NCBI GenBank assembly: GCA_016748015.1
Contig: JAAOMT010000414.1
Location: 1-64,000, forward strand
Source: Geosiphon pyriformis uo1
Taxonomy: Eukaryota > Fungi > Glomeromycota
Direction of reading: 5' to 3'
DNA: 64,000 nt
A program made the position numbers and the translations under genes. This document shows positions 12,806 to 26,595 of this stretch, in pieces. Position 1 is the first letter of the stretch. Each line of letters begins with the position of its first letter. The notes beneath the pieces were generated by a model, which worked only from the letters and a program-made list of their open reading frames with translations, was not told the origin of the DNA and did not search any database.

Positions 12806-12879
12806 CGCTTCCACCTGGATTTGAACCAGGATCCTTTCGGTTAACAGCCGAACGCGCTAACCAATTGCGCCATGGAAGC
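12806..12879 (-). tRNA. tRNA-Asn (GTT), intronless
   Basis: GCTTCCATGGCGCAATTGGTTAGCGCGTTCGGCTGTTAACCGAAAGGATCCTGGTTCAAATCCAGGTGGAAGCG forms a full cloverleaf with A and B boxes. Confidence 0.96.
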
Positions 12880-15800
12880 AGTAATCCCTGAAAAGGGTCT
12901 GAATTTTTGTATAATAATTAACTTCAAATTGACTCATATATATATATATATATGATCCTCATTGTTTTTCATCAGCCTTTGATTTGTTAAAATTTGATAA
13001 AGTTTTTATTGATTCTTAAATTTTATTTCAAATACCAATTTCAACTAAACAAATATGGATAAAAACTTTATGCATTTTCAAATATTGAGGACTTTTGGTT
13101 TGAGTTTTTTTATATCCAATTTTTATATATTTAATGTTGAAGTTCAAGAAATTAAAGGAATTCTCTTTTCTTAGTAATCGTACACTTTTGATTAATAAAA
13201 TTTTTGCTTTCCATCAGAAACTTTAACTATATCCTCTAAAAACTTTGAAGTAAGACATTTTTCTCTGATTGAAGCTTTTCTCAAATTCAAGTTCTGAACA
13301 TCAATAATTTCTTCGTTAAGAAATTTTTTGGTTCCCTTGAAAATAGGGTTAGAAGTTATAGCCAGAGCAGATTAATCTTTCGCTGAAAGAATTTTTAGAG
13401 TTGAAACTAGCTCGTCCATCATTTTATATTAAACGCGAAGGTTAGTTTCAATGGTTGTATACAAAACCGAGAAGGTGTTGTCATTTGCAGATTTCCCATT
13501 TAATCAAAAACGAGTCCGCGAAAGAATTTTTGATGATATTAAAACAAGTTACATCTTGACTTTGGGATGAAAATTGAGGATCATGAAGCAATATTTCTTG
13601 CAGATTCTATTTTCATTGTTAGAGACAGAGAAATTTTCTCATTTATCAATTCTTTAATGAAATGATTCTCGCGCGTTTTGCCATTTTAAAAATAAAATTT
13701 ATAAAATGATAGCTCTTGCGTTCCTGGAAGTTCCTTCTTATATAATGTTCTGAGTTATGAAAAAAGAAAAAGTGTTAATTACACCAAAACCTAATATTAC
13801 ATATTAAGATAATTATATATATTTAAGATTTAATAAATAATAATCAACTATTTTTTGAGATATTTTGAGTTTTAATATGATTTATTATTTACATAACAGA
13901 CATTTTTGCAAAAAATTGAACAATGTAGATTTATTAAGTTTTTGAAACCTCAATAATGATGATAAAAATTCTAAAAAGTTTAATTTAGAAATGAAATTTT
14001 TATTGAAATAAAAAATATTTTTAAAGCAAACAGAAAAATATTAACCAAATTAAAAAAAACTATCATTTTATTTATTGCCAATGTAAAAAAAATTTTTATA
14101 CTTAAGAATAAAACAAAACAAAAAAAATATTTTATACATTTATAATATACAATAATAAAAATGATCTTTTTAAATTAATTACTTTTTCAAGTTAATTATC
14201 TTTATTCTTAATTATTTTTCAATTTAGGTTATTTTTATTTAGATTTAGATTCTTATTATATATTCAAATTAAATTATTATAATATTTAATTTTTATATCA
14301 TAATTTACATAAATTTTATATTATGTTTTAAATCATATATAGATATTGTTTTTTCCAATAAAATATTTTGTTTAATTATTATTTGATATTAATTTTTTAT
14401 TTGAATTGTGTTTAATTTTGTTTAAAATTTTTTTTAAAAATAACAAGCAAAAATGAATTAGACTAAGTGTATCTACTTAACTCAAAATTTAATTATCTGT
14501 TTTGGTCCTATATCTTTTTCTAATCATTAAATTTTAAAAATTTACCTGCAGCTGAATTAAAATAATAGTTATTGAATTAAAAGCACCAAAAACGTATATT
14601 TTATCTTCAGAATTTGCATTATAAATTCTTTTTTTATTATCCAAATATTGGTTTTTGTGAGCCAAAAATAAAAAGGTTGCTTGAATATTATGTGCAAAAA
14701 AATATATACTTGCAGCTCTTTTTTCGAATGAGTAATTAATTTTTTAAAGGCCAGTCATAATTTATTCTATTAAAATCCATAGCAATTTTTTAATTATCAA
14801 CCAAAATAAGCTTATTAGATGTTTTTATATCATTAATAAAGACTTTTCGAAGATGAATTTTTTGGAAAGATTTTGTAACTTTCATGGTTGTCTTACAAAT
14901 TTGTTCGAGAATAGTGTCTTCAAAAATTTTTAAGAATTTAAGGCTACATTTTTAAATTACAACTGAAAAAAAATACTCTAGGATTATAACATTAATTTTT
15001 GAACTTTGTTTAAAAATTAAAATTGAAAAAGAGTGTTAAGAAAGATTATAACTATTGATATCTCATGTTTGATTTAAGCATTTGATTAGCTATTTAAATT
15101 AATGCAATTGTTTTCTGTTAATATGATTTTTCAAAATTGAGACAAAAATAGATTGCCATCTTATTGAGTTATTTTAATTTAAAAATCGATTAACTCCTAA
15201 AACTTGTGTAAATAATGTATCAAGAATGGCCAACAATCTTTTTTGTTAATTCTATTTACCAGTGTTTTTCTTTATAACAGTTAACAGAATTCTGGTTTAA
15301 ATACTCTACTTGTATAAATTCGTCTTTTAAGAGAGTTTAAACTTAATATCTTTTTTTTAGAATTTCTCTCTGAATACATTCTATTGTCTTAATAAAGTGT
15401 TTCAATTGTGGCACTTAATACCTAAATTTTTCAAGCTTGGAGTTTGAATATGGCACAGATTTGTTTACATATTGTAAACCCACCAACACAAACCATATAA
15501 AGTACTTAGAACTATTTTTAATATACATCTAAACAATAAATCTGTCAAATAAATAAATTTATTTATTAATTACAAAGCCACCATAAAAAAAGAAGCAAAA
15601 GGCTAAAAGTAATATTTCTTTAAAAATAGTTATAATAATAAATAAGTTATCTAAATTATAAATACTATTAATAGTAAAAAATTTCATATTGGATATTGAC
15701 CACTTAATGTTTTTAACAACATGATTTAATTTTCAAAATTTGATTCTATTCGATCACATATCATTTTATATTTAAAATATTTTTATAGCTAATCTTTGAA

Positions 15801-16166
15801 AAAAAAACAAATACAAGTTAATTTTAATTACAATATTAATGGTTTAATATTTTATAGAAAAAATAAAAAATTTGAAAGTATTTTATTTTCGCTTTTAGCT
15901 ATATTGTAATTTTGATTGTTTTAAATTTTAATTAAATGACTTTTTGAAATCTGTTTAAGAATATTGAATCATTGGATAAATATTATATTAACTTTAAAAA
16001 AGGTTACTAAATTTTTAAAAACTTGCATTGGAAATAAAAAATTTTGTTCTGTAAAGATTTATAATTCCAAAATTTCATATGTGAATATTAAAAATAAATT
16101 TGTTTAGTCTAAGCAAGAGTTTCTAAAATAGAAAAATTATATAAAAGTTAACAGATATAATGTCAA

Positions 16167-17503
16167 CTATTTCATCCATGGTGGTATACCAGACAAGACA
16201 CCCATGGTTATACCAAAGTATGGTCCATTATTAAGCGAAAATTGTAATGGTCTTTGTGCTTGAGCGCATTCCTATCAGAGAAAGTTTTAAATTAATTTTC
16301 TTGATAAAAAAAAATGATTTTTAAACAATTTCATAAGCACAAACCTCGCTTTCATCAAGAAAAGTATCTGGGAAAAAGCCATCCAGATAATACCTTAGTT
16401 TTCCATGGCATCGATAAACAATTGTATTGTCAAGAAGATAATTATTATTATCACAGTCACAATTATCGGACTCAATCCAATATTCCATCATGGGGTGCAA
16501 ATAATTCTTATTTTTTGGTATAGGAAGATTCACCACAATATCATTTTTGTAAGTAACTCGAGCAAATATATCCGTGGCTTCATCCAGAGCTCGAGCAAAA
16601 TGTCGATTGCCTATTCTTGGCTGACCATAAGTAAATAGCTGTAATGAAATATGTGGTGTCTTTTTGAATTGATGAAACTCATGAGCAACAAATGTTGCAT
16701 AGACTATAAGTTTAAAAAAATGAAGCTATCTTGAGCTTGAAAAGAAAATTATAAATTAGGAAGATAATAACTCACCAGCACCCATGCCATGTCCAACAAA
16801 AGTTACTGTGGAAATATCATCGAATCCTTCTTTTTCTATTTCTCCTAGAATACTTGAAAAACGATAATGAAAATGCCGGAATTGATCCCAAAAATATTTG
16901 TTCACTTTTGCTTTTGCATATAATGGGTATTCGACCATTTTTTCAGAGAATGCAGATAACCATTCAGATTGTGATAAGAGATTGCCACGGAAGTAGATAA
17001 TTAGTTCACGATGATCCGCAATCCTACTATAAGCTAAATAAGTGAATATAATTTAGAATATTTTCTATAAAAAATTGAAACCGCATTCTTTGATGGTTGA
17101 TAATAAAAAAATATTTGTAATTGAACATATTTAATATTAGAATACCTAATACTAATTTTTTTAAAGAATATGCTAAGTTGGCATACCAGGCATATTTTTG
17201 AAGAAGTTGTTTAGTATCAGAGGCCATGTATTCCTTCGCAGGGCTCAACTGATTTCTTTTCACGTAATTATAAGAAAAATTTCTCTTGGCAGATAGATAC
17301 GGGAAAATTAAGCTGCTGCTCTTTTCAAAAAGTCGCCCTTTTTTTATTATTTCCAAGCTTGAATTTTGTTGACATGTATTTTTTTGAACGATATTACCAA
17401 AAATTTTGTGTTTTGAAAAAAGATGCAGAACAAAATAGAAAATTGTGATAAACAAAATTAGTGTGCCAATTAAACATTTTATTGAATTGCTTAATATTTT
17501 CAT
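16167..17503 (-). CDS. Lipase class 3-fold protein, predicted catalytically inactive; exons 17503-17146, 17033-16776, 16703-16345, 16271-16167
   Basis: N-terminal signal/anchor. Motifs LIIYFRG, TFVGHGMGA, FTYGQPRIGN, RVTYKNDIV and GPYFG. All exons join in frame without stops. Confidence 0.9.
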
Positions 17504-19039
17504 TGGTAACCCTAAAGCTTTTTTCTTCGAAACTATTAAAAAAATTTAGTTATTTTATAGTAGTGCGTAGAAAATCATGCTCTTTCAAGGCACATTGGTC
17601 AATCGTTATTCCGCTATCGCTTTTCTGACTCAAAATTTTAATTAATGCTTTAATTTGGGGACTATAATCTAGTGTGATTAATCACACTATCGTTCTTCCG
17701 ACTAAAAATATTTGATAAATGTTTTAATTTCGGATTTATGATTATAGTGATTATAATGAGCTTCTATTTTATTATCTTAATGACAATATAACTTCAAGTT
17801 TAAAGGGCAAATAATTTATTTAGTAAAAATATGAAACTTATTACTTTAAAGCAATTAATACATAAATTATAATTTATAATTTATAAAAAACAACTACCTC
17901 AAACTCTGAGTTTTTATTTATAGAAAAATAACAAATTAAATGTTAATTATGTCAATAAAGAAAAATTATATAACAATATATAAATAGTGATAAAACTAAC
18001 AAGAAACTAGTAAAAATGTAAAGACATTCATTTAAAATTATTAAATAACTTTTAAAAATATTAATATTATTGTTATGAATCAGAATAACACTAACAGGTA
18101 ACAAAGAGAACAGTTGTTGGATAACAATAAAAACAAACAAGAAGATTTAAATAAAAAACAAATTGAATGAGTATGTAATTTAATTGATATAATTAATTTC
18201 ATAAAATCACAGTCACTAATTTTTTCATGAAAATTTTAAGGTTAAAGAACAATTTATGACTTTCAACAAAAAATAACACAGCTTTTATAATCTTAAATCT
18301 TAATTAACACTTTTAAAATTTAATAACAAGTATTGTTTCTTTTTCAATAAATTTTTATTGAATAATTGTTTTGTTAAAGTTAACAATAATACAAACTAAG
18401 AAAAGAAAAAGAAAGAGGATTATTATCTTTTATCCTAAAGCATTCAGATTAAAAAAAGGAATAATAAGAGTAAATTTGATTGCTAATACTTAAATGATAA
18501 GATATTTTTCTAAAGCTTTAAAAAGTTTTATCTATATAGCTATTAAAACAGACAAATGATCTGATTAATACAATGATCTTTTATAATTAAATACAAAATT
18601 GTAATACATTTGTTATTAACTCACAAAAAACTTTTATTAAAAAACCGAAAATTGGCAGCAAGTTAAAAAAATTATACATAAATATATAAAAATATTTAAG
18701 AAGTTTTGCTCATTAAGAGAAAAATTTTATATATAAAATAGTTTAAACAAAATGGATAATTTGCTGAATTTACAGAAATATAAAGCTTTTCAAATAAAAA
18801 TTCAAGACATTATATAATTAAAAGTTATAAGTATTTTGACTGTTATAAAAAAAGTCAAAACACTTATAGAAAAATTTGGTTTTTGAATTTTAAAACTTAT
18901 TTTATTTTAATTTTTATATATCTTGTTTGTAAACCTTTAATAAATTTATTTTGTTGAAGCCAAACTTTTTGAAAAGAATAATATTATGATTTAATTTTTA
19001 AGTTTTTAACTTTAATAATTATTTAATTTTATTTAGTTA

Positions 19040-19260
19040 TATGTATTAATTATTAAAATTATATATTTTATTTAGAATTAGTTATTAATGTAAATCTATT
19101 TATATAATTAATAACTTAATTATTAACTTGATTATAACCTAATTATTGATTTCATCATAAATTGAATTAGTGATTTAATTATTAACCTAAATAATTGTTG
19201 ATTCTTTTAATAAGTATATAAATAAAATTTTTTATAGTTGTAAAAAACTATTAATTATAA
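19040..19260 (+). mobile_element. Degenerate LTR remnant (family of 37502-38310)
   Basis: Decayed 12-mer repeats (acctaattattg) followed by a TATA box and sequence similar to 37760-37805. Confidence 0.5.
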
Positions 19261-20179
19261 TATTAAACCTATGACAAAAAATTAATGTGTAAAGCTTTTG
19301 AAAAATATATTAAATAGATAATTACTAAAAGTACAAATCATGTAAATTTTGAATATTCAGTAGGTGTAAAAATGAGTAAACTTTATTTGATGACTATAAA
19401 TGTTTCTTCAAGCCATTCGAGTGGTGCTTTTTTCTTTTGACTTGATGAAATTGAAGAAAAGATTTACAAGCAACAAAAATGCATTGTCAGACTTCAATAT
19501 TTTGGATGAGTAAAGAAAGATTTATATGGGAATTCGTCTTGCTAATAAATAAGGAATTTCAACCTATAATTTTGTTAAATCAGATTCCTGAAAAGGCTAA
19601 AATAGACGCTTAAATGGGTAGAGATCAAATGACTAACCTAAACTTTTGATTGATGATCGCTTGGTTTCAATAGTTTATTGACAATTTCTTTTGAGAGTTT
19701 TCTAAATGCATAGTCTAGCCGCTTCTTTTGATCTCAGTGATTGTGTTAATAATAAGGTTCATTTAATTTAGTGAGCTTATAAAATGAAAAAATTCTATTA
19801 TTATATAAAATTTAATATTCCAGAATAATTATAGATCTTTGAATTTTCAAACGTAAAAACTTTCTAGATAATATTGCCATAAAAAAAGTATTTATATTGT
19901 ATGTATTCTAGATATTTAAAAGTTTTTATCACTCGTTATTTTACACTTATTATTAAAGCTAAGAATATATGTAAAAATTTCAAAGAAAAAGCCTCTCAAT
20001 CAATTTGGTGGGCCATAATTCACTAATTTATTCAATTTTCACTTGTTATTTAGTTTATTAAGGTTTGAGATAATAAAGTAATTTCACATGAAAGGTAGGA
20101 TACGAAATTATAGGTAATTGGATAATAAAATCTTATCCAAAGATGATGACCATTGATTTAATTTTGGGTCGATATATTG

Positions 20180-20211
<32 letters not shown>

Positions 20212-21106
20212 CGTGACTGAAAAGCTCAATTATGCGGTAGGAAAGTCAAAGCTGGAAAATTTCGTTTATAATAAGATGAATGCTTGTAATTCATAGAAAT
20301 AGGTTAATATATTTATTGTTTTTTCAATGATATATTTATTAAATAAAGCTCATTTTTATTCATAATGTTGCTATTAAAGTACTGATTTCAAAAAAGTCAG
20401 TTTAAAACTGTATTTTTCATATCTAATTTGTTTATTTATTTTTTGCTTTTAAACGATAAACAAGTGGGTTGAAAACAAGATTTCATAAGGTCGAATAAGT
20501 AAATATTTTGTTATTAAAATTATTAAGCTTATAGTGAGACCCACTATTAAAAGAATAAGATTGTAAGAGATGGTAAATAATCTAGTTGGAATATAAAAAT
20601 AATTATAATAATAATATTTTTAATTTAATCAACCATAAAAAATTTTTTAAAAAAGGTTACGAATTATGGAATATCCTCAATAAAAATATTAATAGCACTA
20701 CTCCAGAAAATTGAATCTTTAAGTCTTTATGGACATTAGGTATACTTCGAATATAAAGATTCAGAAAGTTGATATTAGCGGCAGAGAGTAAAGTAACAAA
20801 CTGTGAATATTACTGAAACGATGTACGCTGCGAGTCTAGTATTGAAAAGAAAAGAAATAGTATTTCTAGAAAAACTATACTGGTTAAGAAATATTTATAA
20901 ATTAATGATCTTTGGCTCTTTTTAAATGTTCAACAAATTTTCAAGTTAAAATTATTTACCTTTGTTAAATATAAAAATGGCATATTTTTTCCATTTTTTA
21001 TAGTGAATATAAATAAAAGTTATTAAATATTTTATTTTTATTTTAAAATCTAAAATAATAACTATCAATATAATTGCAAAAAAAATATTAAATACTTGGA
21101 ATTTAT

Positions 21107-21192
21107 AAAATATAAATTCATTAATGTTAATGCAATAATAGCAATTAAAATATAAATTCATTAATTTTAATGCAATAATAGCAATTAAAATA
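21107..21192. repeat. 40-bp tandem duplication
   Basis: aaaatataaattcattaat(g/t)ttaatgcaataatagcaatt x2. Confidence 0.8.
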
Positions 21193-22422
21193 AAATTTCT
21201 TTGATTTCAATAATATTAATAACTGAATATTTAGTTTCTTTCCAAGGCTCAGCTAAAAAAATACCGCAATATTAGTTGATATCAAATTTGATAGAAATCA
21301 ATGTTCATATATTTATTTTTGATTCAACGAATAAAACTACTAATTCTATTAGTTATACCATTTTTATTAAATAAAAAAATTTTATCAAGACAAAGAATAA
21401 AACTATTAAGAAAGTCAAAAAAAAGTTGAGTTGTAATTCTTAGATAGTTTAGAACTTGGCAAAAAGTAGAGCCAATTTTTTAACATTATTCAACTTTACC
21501 AAAAATAATAAAATAAAACACACTTCAAAAAATATTAAATAGCATAAAAAAATTCAAATAAATAATTTGAATTGTATTTTACTTTAGACTCAAGCAAATT
21601 GGCTGTAATCAAAGTGGCAAAAAATAATATAACTGTTATAATTTTATGTTTTAATTAATTTTAAAATAAAATTTATCAATTATCTTCAAAACTTTTTTAT
21701 TTAATATATTATATAAAAATATAAGTAAGTTTTCATTAATATTATTGTATTTTTTGTTTACATTTTCAATCCAGATACAAAAATTGTCAGATAAAAAATA
21801 ATCAAATTTTAATTATTCAAAATTCAGATTTTATTTTGTATGTGAGAACACAAATTGCCCCATAACCTGATAACCTCTAAATCTTTGAAAAACTTGGATA
21901 CTTTTTGCCGGAACCATTTTTTTTTTTCTTTGTGGCAATTCCTTGAAATTTTTATTTAAAATGTTAGTAATAGTAATAATAATAATAATAATAATAATGA
22001 GACCTATACTAGGAAGAAACTGTCTAAATATTTCCTTTTTGTGAATATATTAATGTTATCGTCAGAAATAAATGTTTCATCCAAAAGTGTTCAATTTTTT
22101 AGATTAGATTTGAAGGTATTTAGAAAAGATTGTAGTTACTTTGATAAGAACTCAAAAAACAAATATTTAGAAATCAATAATCTTTCCAAGTAAGGTCATA
22201 ATCACCATTTTATTTTAAAAATAAGGAAAATAAAATTACTTAAAAATTTACCCACACAATATAAATCCATTTAATTGATCGTGGATCAGGAATTTTTCCA
22301 ACTCATATATCATTGTCAAAAAAATCTAAAAATATTTGTGGTGGTTGAAAAATTTGTCCATAACATTTTCTTCTCGTTCTTATATTAAATTAAATTAAAT
22401 TCACTCGAAATTCTCGTTCCTC

Positions 22423-23854
22423 ATGTGGAAAATTTTAATTCTTTTTTGGACATTTAATGTCTTTTATTCTTCAGCGTTTACAAACTTAATTTTGTCCGAT
22501 CCGAGATATCAGCAAGTCAAGGTTTTGTCGTTAAAATTAGCAAATCAAACTTCATTTCAAAGAATGAATTTAAATTCGGATAATTATAATTGGGCTAGCC
22601 GGGAAAACGCTATACATTCACGTTCACTTCAGCATCCGAATAAAAAACCAATGAATTCCGATATTAATAAATTTGTTGAAGAAACTGTAACAATGGCTAT
22701 TTCATCGAATGTTGCTTTTTGTGGAAAGGCTGATCCATTGAAAGGCTATGACATCACAGGTGAGATATATTATCTTCAGAAGAAAAAGAAAAAGAAGAGA
22801 TATTCACTTTTAAGTTAACATAATCAATTCTAATTAGCTTCTATCGGGATCGTGATAGAGTCATCATATATAATTATTGCTTTCGGTGGTAAATCAATTC
22901 GTCAAAAATTTATTATGAATAATTTATTTCAAAGATTTAGCTTAATATAATTTTTTTTTACATTCCCCTATAGGGCCAAAATTGACAAAACATCAATGGG
23001 CAAATCGACAACCAAATTTCGTAGCTTTCGAAATAGACAATATACTACCTGACAAATTGGTTCGTGTGGATGAAGAATGGCAAAAGAATTTCCTTTCCAT
23101 AAAAAAAGTTTTATTTACGGTTATTGAAGGTTATTTCCGTGAAATAAAATCAATCGAAAATTTCAATATTTACTTTACAGGATGGGGTGTAGGTGGTGGT
23201 ATGTTTAAATCTTTTATTTTCATTTTCACTTTTATTTCTAAAAATTCAAGTTTTAAAAATAGAATATATTTTCTATAGCATACGCAACTATTGCCGCCCT
23301 TACATGGAAGATTGAAACTTATTTAAAGGATCAAAAAAGCTCTCGAAATGAGTTTAAATTTTCTAATCTTGTAGTAAAAGCGGTAACATTCGGTGCTCCT
23401 CGAATTGGAAATGTTGTTTTCGCCCAATTAGCTAATAAATGGCTAGAAGTTAGTCGTGTGACTCATAGCAATGATCACGTTCCACATTTTCCTAAGCGTG
23501 AAACTGGAAGATATTTTCTAGGACACAATGAATTGGAATTTTGGATTACTTTGACAAGATGTGACTGTCCTGAAGAATTAAGTTTATGGGAGTGTCAAGG
23601 ATTTTATTATGAATCTAGAGCATGGAAATCAAATAAAATTTTAGATGGAACATTATTCCCACATGGTGGGAAGTCTGGAGAGAATATGGTTGGTAGCATC
23701 ATTTGAAAATTTTTGGTTCCATTAAATTTCTATCATTAATTATTTTCATATTTAAATAAAGGAATGCAATGCTGGTCAATCGATTGATGATGTCCCACGG
23801 GATTTCATACATTCTGGTCCATATATGGGAGTAGACATGAATTATTGTAAATGA
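22423..23854 (+). CDS. Secreted lipase class 3-fold protein, predicted catalytically inactive; exons 22423-22759, 22838-22888, 22974-23198, 23279-23688, 23762-23854
   Basis: Signal peptide. Motifs IIIAFGG, IYFTGWGVGG, VTFGAPRIGN, RVTHSNDHVP and HSGPYMG. Four GT-AG introns join in frame. Confidence 0.92.
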
Positions 23855-25421
23855 CACTTTGAGTTCAAGATTTGATAGCTATAAACTTTTCTGTCAATGA
23901 ATGTGAAAATGTGACGGCTACTTGAAAAAAATCATAATCATAATAACAAATTTTTTTGTTCATCTCTTAAAAGAAAGTGTTTGTGCGATATGATATCAAA
24001 AGAATATTTATCTTAAATAACAAGTTTCCCAATTAATTCCAATCAATTTCTCAAATATCTCTATAATATATTTTTCATAAATATAGCCTCTAATACAATT
24101 TTTCAAGAAATTGACGTTCTCAAAAATGAATAAAATTTTATACTTTGTAATGTCTAAGTCTATAAAATTCAAGAATTTTGAGTTTCGAAAGTATGGTTGT
24201 AAATCTGCCTAATATCAATTTAGCATGTTGCAAAATGTTTAATTTGATTGTTTGTAAATAATTGATAAAATGGGAATTCGCTGAAAAAAGACAATATAAG
24301 GCTAAAATATATTCCTCGAATTCAGCGTGCTCATGTGTTTTATTTTCTGGTTGAAAATCGGTTGAAAAAAAAAACCAATTCAAATCGAGGATCTGGTATT
24401 TAAAATAAACATTTATAATGAAGAAAATTGATTTATTTTGCTCCAAATCAAAGTGGAGGGTCTTGAATAATCTGTAAAAATTATCTAAAATATAATATGA
24501 CGTGTTAAATTATATAATGAGATAAAAAATCAAGTAGTATTGCTATAAATGGGTTAGGAATTGGGAATTTTTTTGCTTGTCGCGTCTCCCCAGTTGTTTT
24601 CATCCACCACTCTTTTTATTCGCTTATTCCAAACACAACTATATGCAAATAGATGTATTTTTGGCTAATTGGCCAGCAAACTTGCGACCAATAGTTTTTT
24701 TCAATTTTGGATTTTGATATACCGGAAGAAATAATATCATTGCCACCAAAGAAAAATTTTACGATTGTGACTTCAGCACACCAAAGTGATCACTAATTAG
24801 GTGGGTGTTGAATCATAGGTTCACTGTGGCCCTTTTTTTTGGGATAAGATAAGATTGTAGGCTATAATTAAAAGAGGAATGTTTTAAACCTCTGGCCTTC
24901 TTTGGGATAAGATTGTAGGCTTTAGACTACTGTAGTAAATACTGGTCAGACAGGTTTTGAATCACAGGTTCACTGTGGCTCTATATTTTCTTGTCTTTAT
25001 TAAAGGATTGGAAATAGGAACAAGATGAAGAGGATTTGCATCCTCCTGATGTGGAATTATTTTTTTGTGAAACCACCTTGGTTGGACATGATATGAACTC
25101 TCAAAATCCTTTTGTTATCTCAGAGGTTTGTGTTAATATTTTTTTAATATTTAGTGTTATAAATCCAAAAAGTTATACATTATTTATTCACAATAGGTCC
25201 ACGATACATTCTGATATTTCTATAAATTTATTACTTGTTGTTGTTGATGATGCTCCTATAATGTCGCTACCATCTTTACATAACCAGAACATTCTTAATG
25301 GTCTTCAGCCTTTGCTCGGTAGTTATAAAATGGATTGGGCACCCTGAAAATTCAACTTAATAAATAACGAGGTAATTGAAAAATAGCTGTAAAAATTGAA
25401 TTTTCCAATTCTTTGAAAGTA

Positions 25422-26595
25422 CAGTCTGGTAAGAAAAAAATTGGAAATATAAAAATAATTACTTTGTCTTAACTAATGTACCAAATTACATAAAACAACT
25501 TTTATTAGAAAGTCAAATACCATACAATTTTATTAAAAAAATTTTATAGGAAATTCTTTCACCATTTGTCTCAATTATCATTTCACAACGCCGCCTTATT
25601 TATCCTACTAAACTAATTAATGTAGATTCAGGAATATCTTGCCACTCTTCCCCCATAAATCTCTCTAATTCACTACGATTTTGAGGCATTCTTATTTCTA
25701 CATTCTTTTTAACAATAGCCCAAAGGTTTTCTATTGAGTTTAAGTCGGGACTATTAGATGGCCACTCCAACAAATCAGTTGTATTCTCAGCAATAAACTC
25801 TTTGGCAAACTTTCTAGTATGCTTGGGGGTCATTATCTTGTTGGAATCGCCAATTATCCCCCAGCATTGCTCTAATTTCAGGTAAGTGGTTACGAAGAAT
25901 ATCTATATAAAATTGAGCATTCATTATTTGAACAAAACAGAATAAACTAGTCTTTCCTTTTTCGTAGAAACTCCCCCACGTGAGAATTTTTGTTCGATCT
26001 TTAGGCATAGGACAAATTGGTCGAGTACCTTTATGCCAACATTTTACCATGTTTTGAAAAAGTTGAAAAGATGTTTCGTCAGTAAAAACTGTTCTTTTCC
26101 AATCGTCGTTCAGGTGTTTTTTGGCCCATTCTACACGTTTTCGCTTATGCTCTTCGGTCAGCATTGGAGTTTGCTTTAGGAAGACTTTTTTTATAATTAA
26201 GGTTGGATAAATGGTTTTGAATAGTAACATGAGAAACATTTATTCCCTTCTTAGCCAACTTTATTGCTAAATATCTAGACGAAACTGAGGAATTTCCACG
26301 AATAATCTGCCCTAATACTTTCGAAGAATTTCCCGTAATCTTTCTTGGCCGACCATTACCATTCGCATGCTTTATTGTTCCTTTTTTTTGAGTTTTTCAA
26401 GGATATTATAGATTGTAGAAAGGGGTAAATTCGTTTTATTCTGTATTTCTTTCGCCTTTCATATTCCTTGCTTCCAAAAATGTAATACGCGAGAAAATGT
26501 TTTTAGAGCTCAGCCACTTACCTAATATTCTGTTTCCATTTTTACCGTCACAAAACTTACCAAAAATGGTTTCCAATTTTTTTCTTACCAGACTG
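25422..26595 (-). mobile_element. Complete Tc1-family DNA transposon (1174 bp)
   Basis: Perfect 26-bp TIR CAGTCTGGTAAGAAAAAAATTGGAAA and TA target duplication. Confidence 0.96.
25545..26539 (-). pseudogene. Tc1 DD34E-type transposase with frameshifts/stops
   Basis: GRPRK, FTDET, QQDNDPKH and WPSNSPDLNSIENLW motifs split over ORFs 26239..25814 and 25833..25600. Confidence 0.92.

Noticed and set aside
13200-13700. Coding-like minus-strand segment
   Set aside because: It is interrupted by stops and has no recognisable domain; it may be a pseudogene but this is unsupported.
17952-21161. Hydrophobic short ORFs (17952-18140, 20952-21161)
   Set aside because: They are compositional artefacts of AT-rich DNA.
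25036-25347. 103-aa ORF next to the Tc1 element
   Set aside because: It has a non-ATG start and no recognisable domain, and the spliced reading hits stops.
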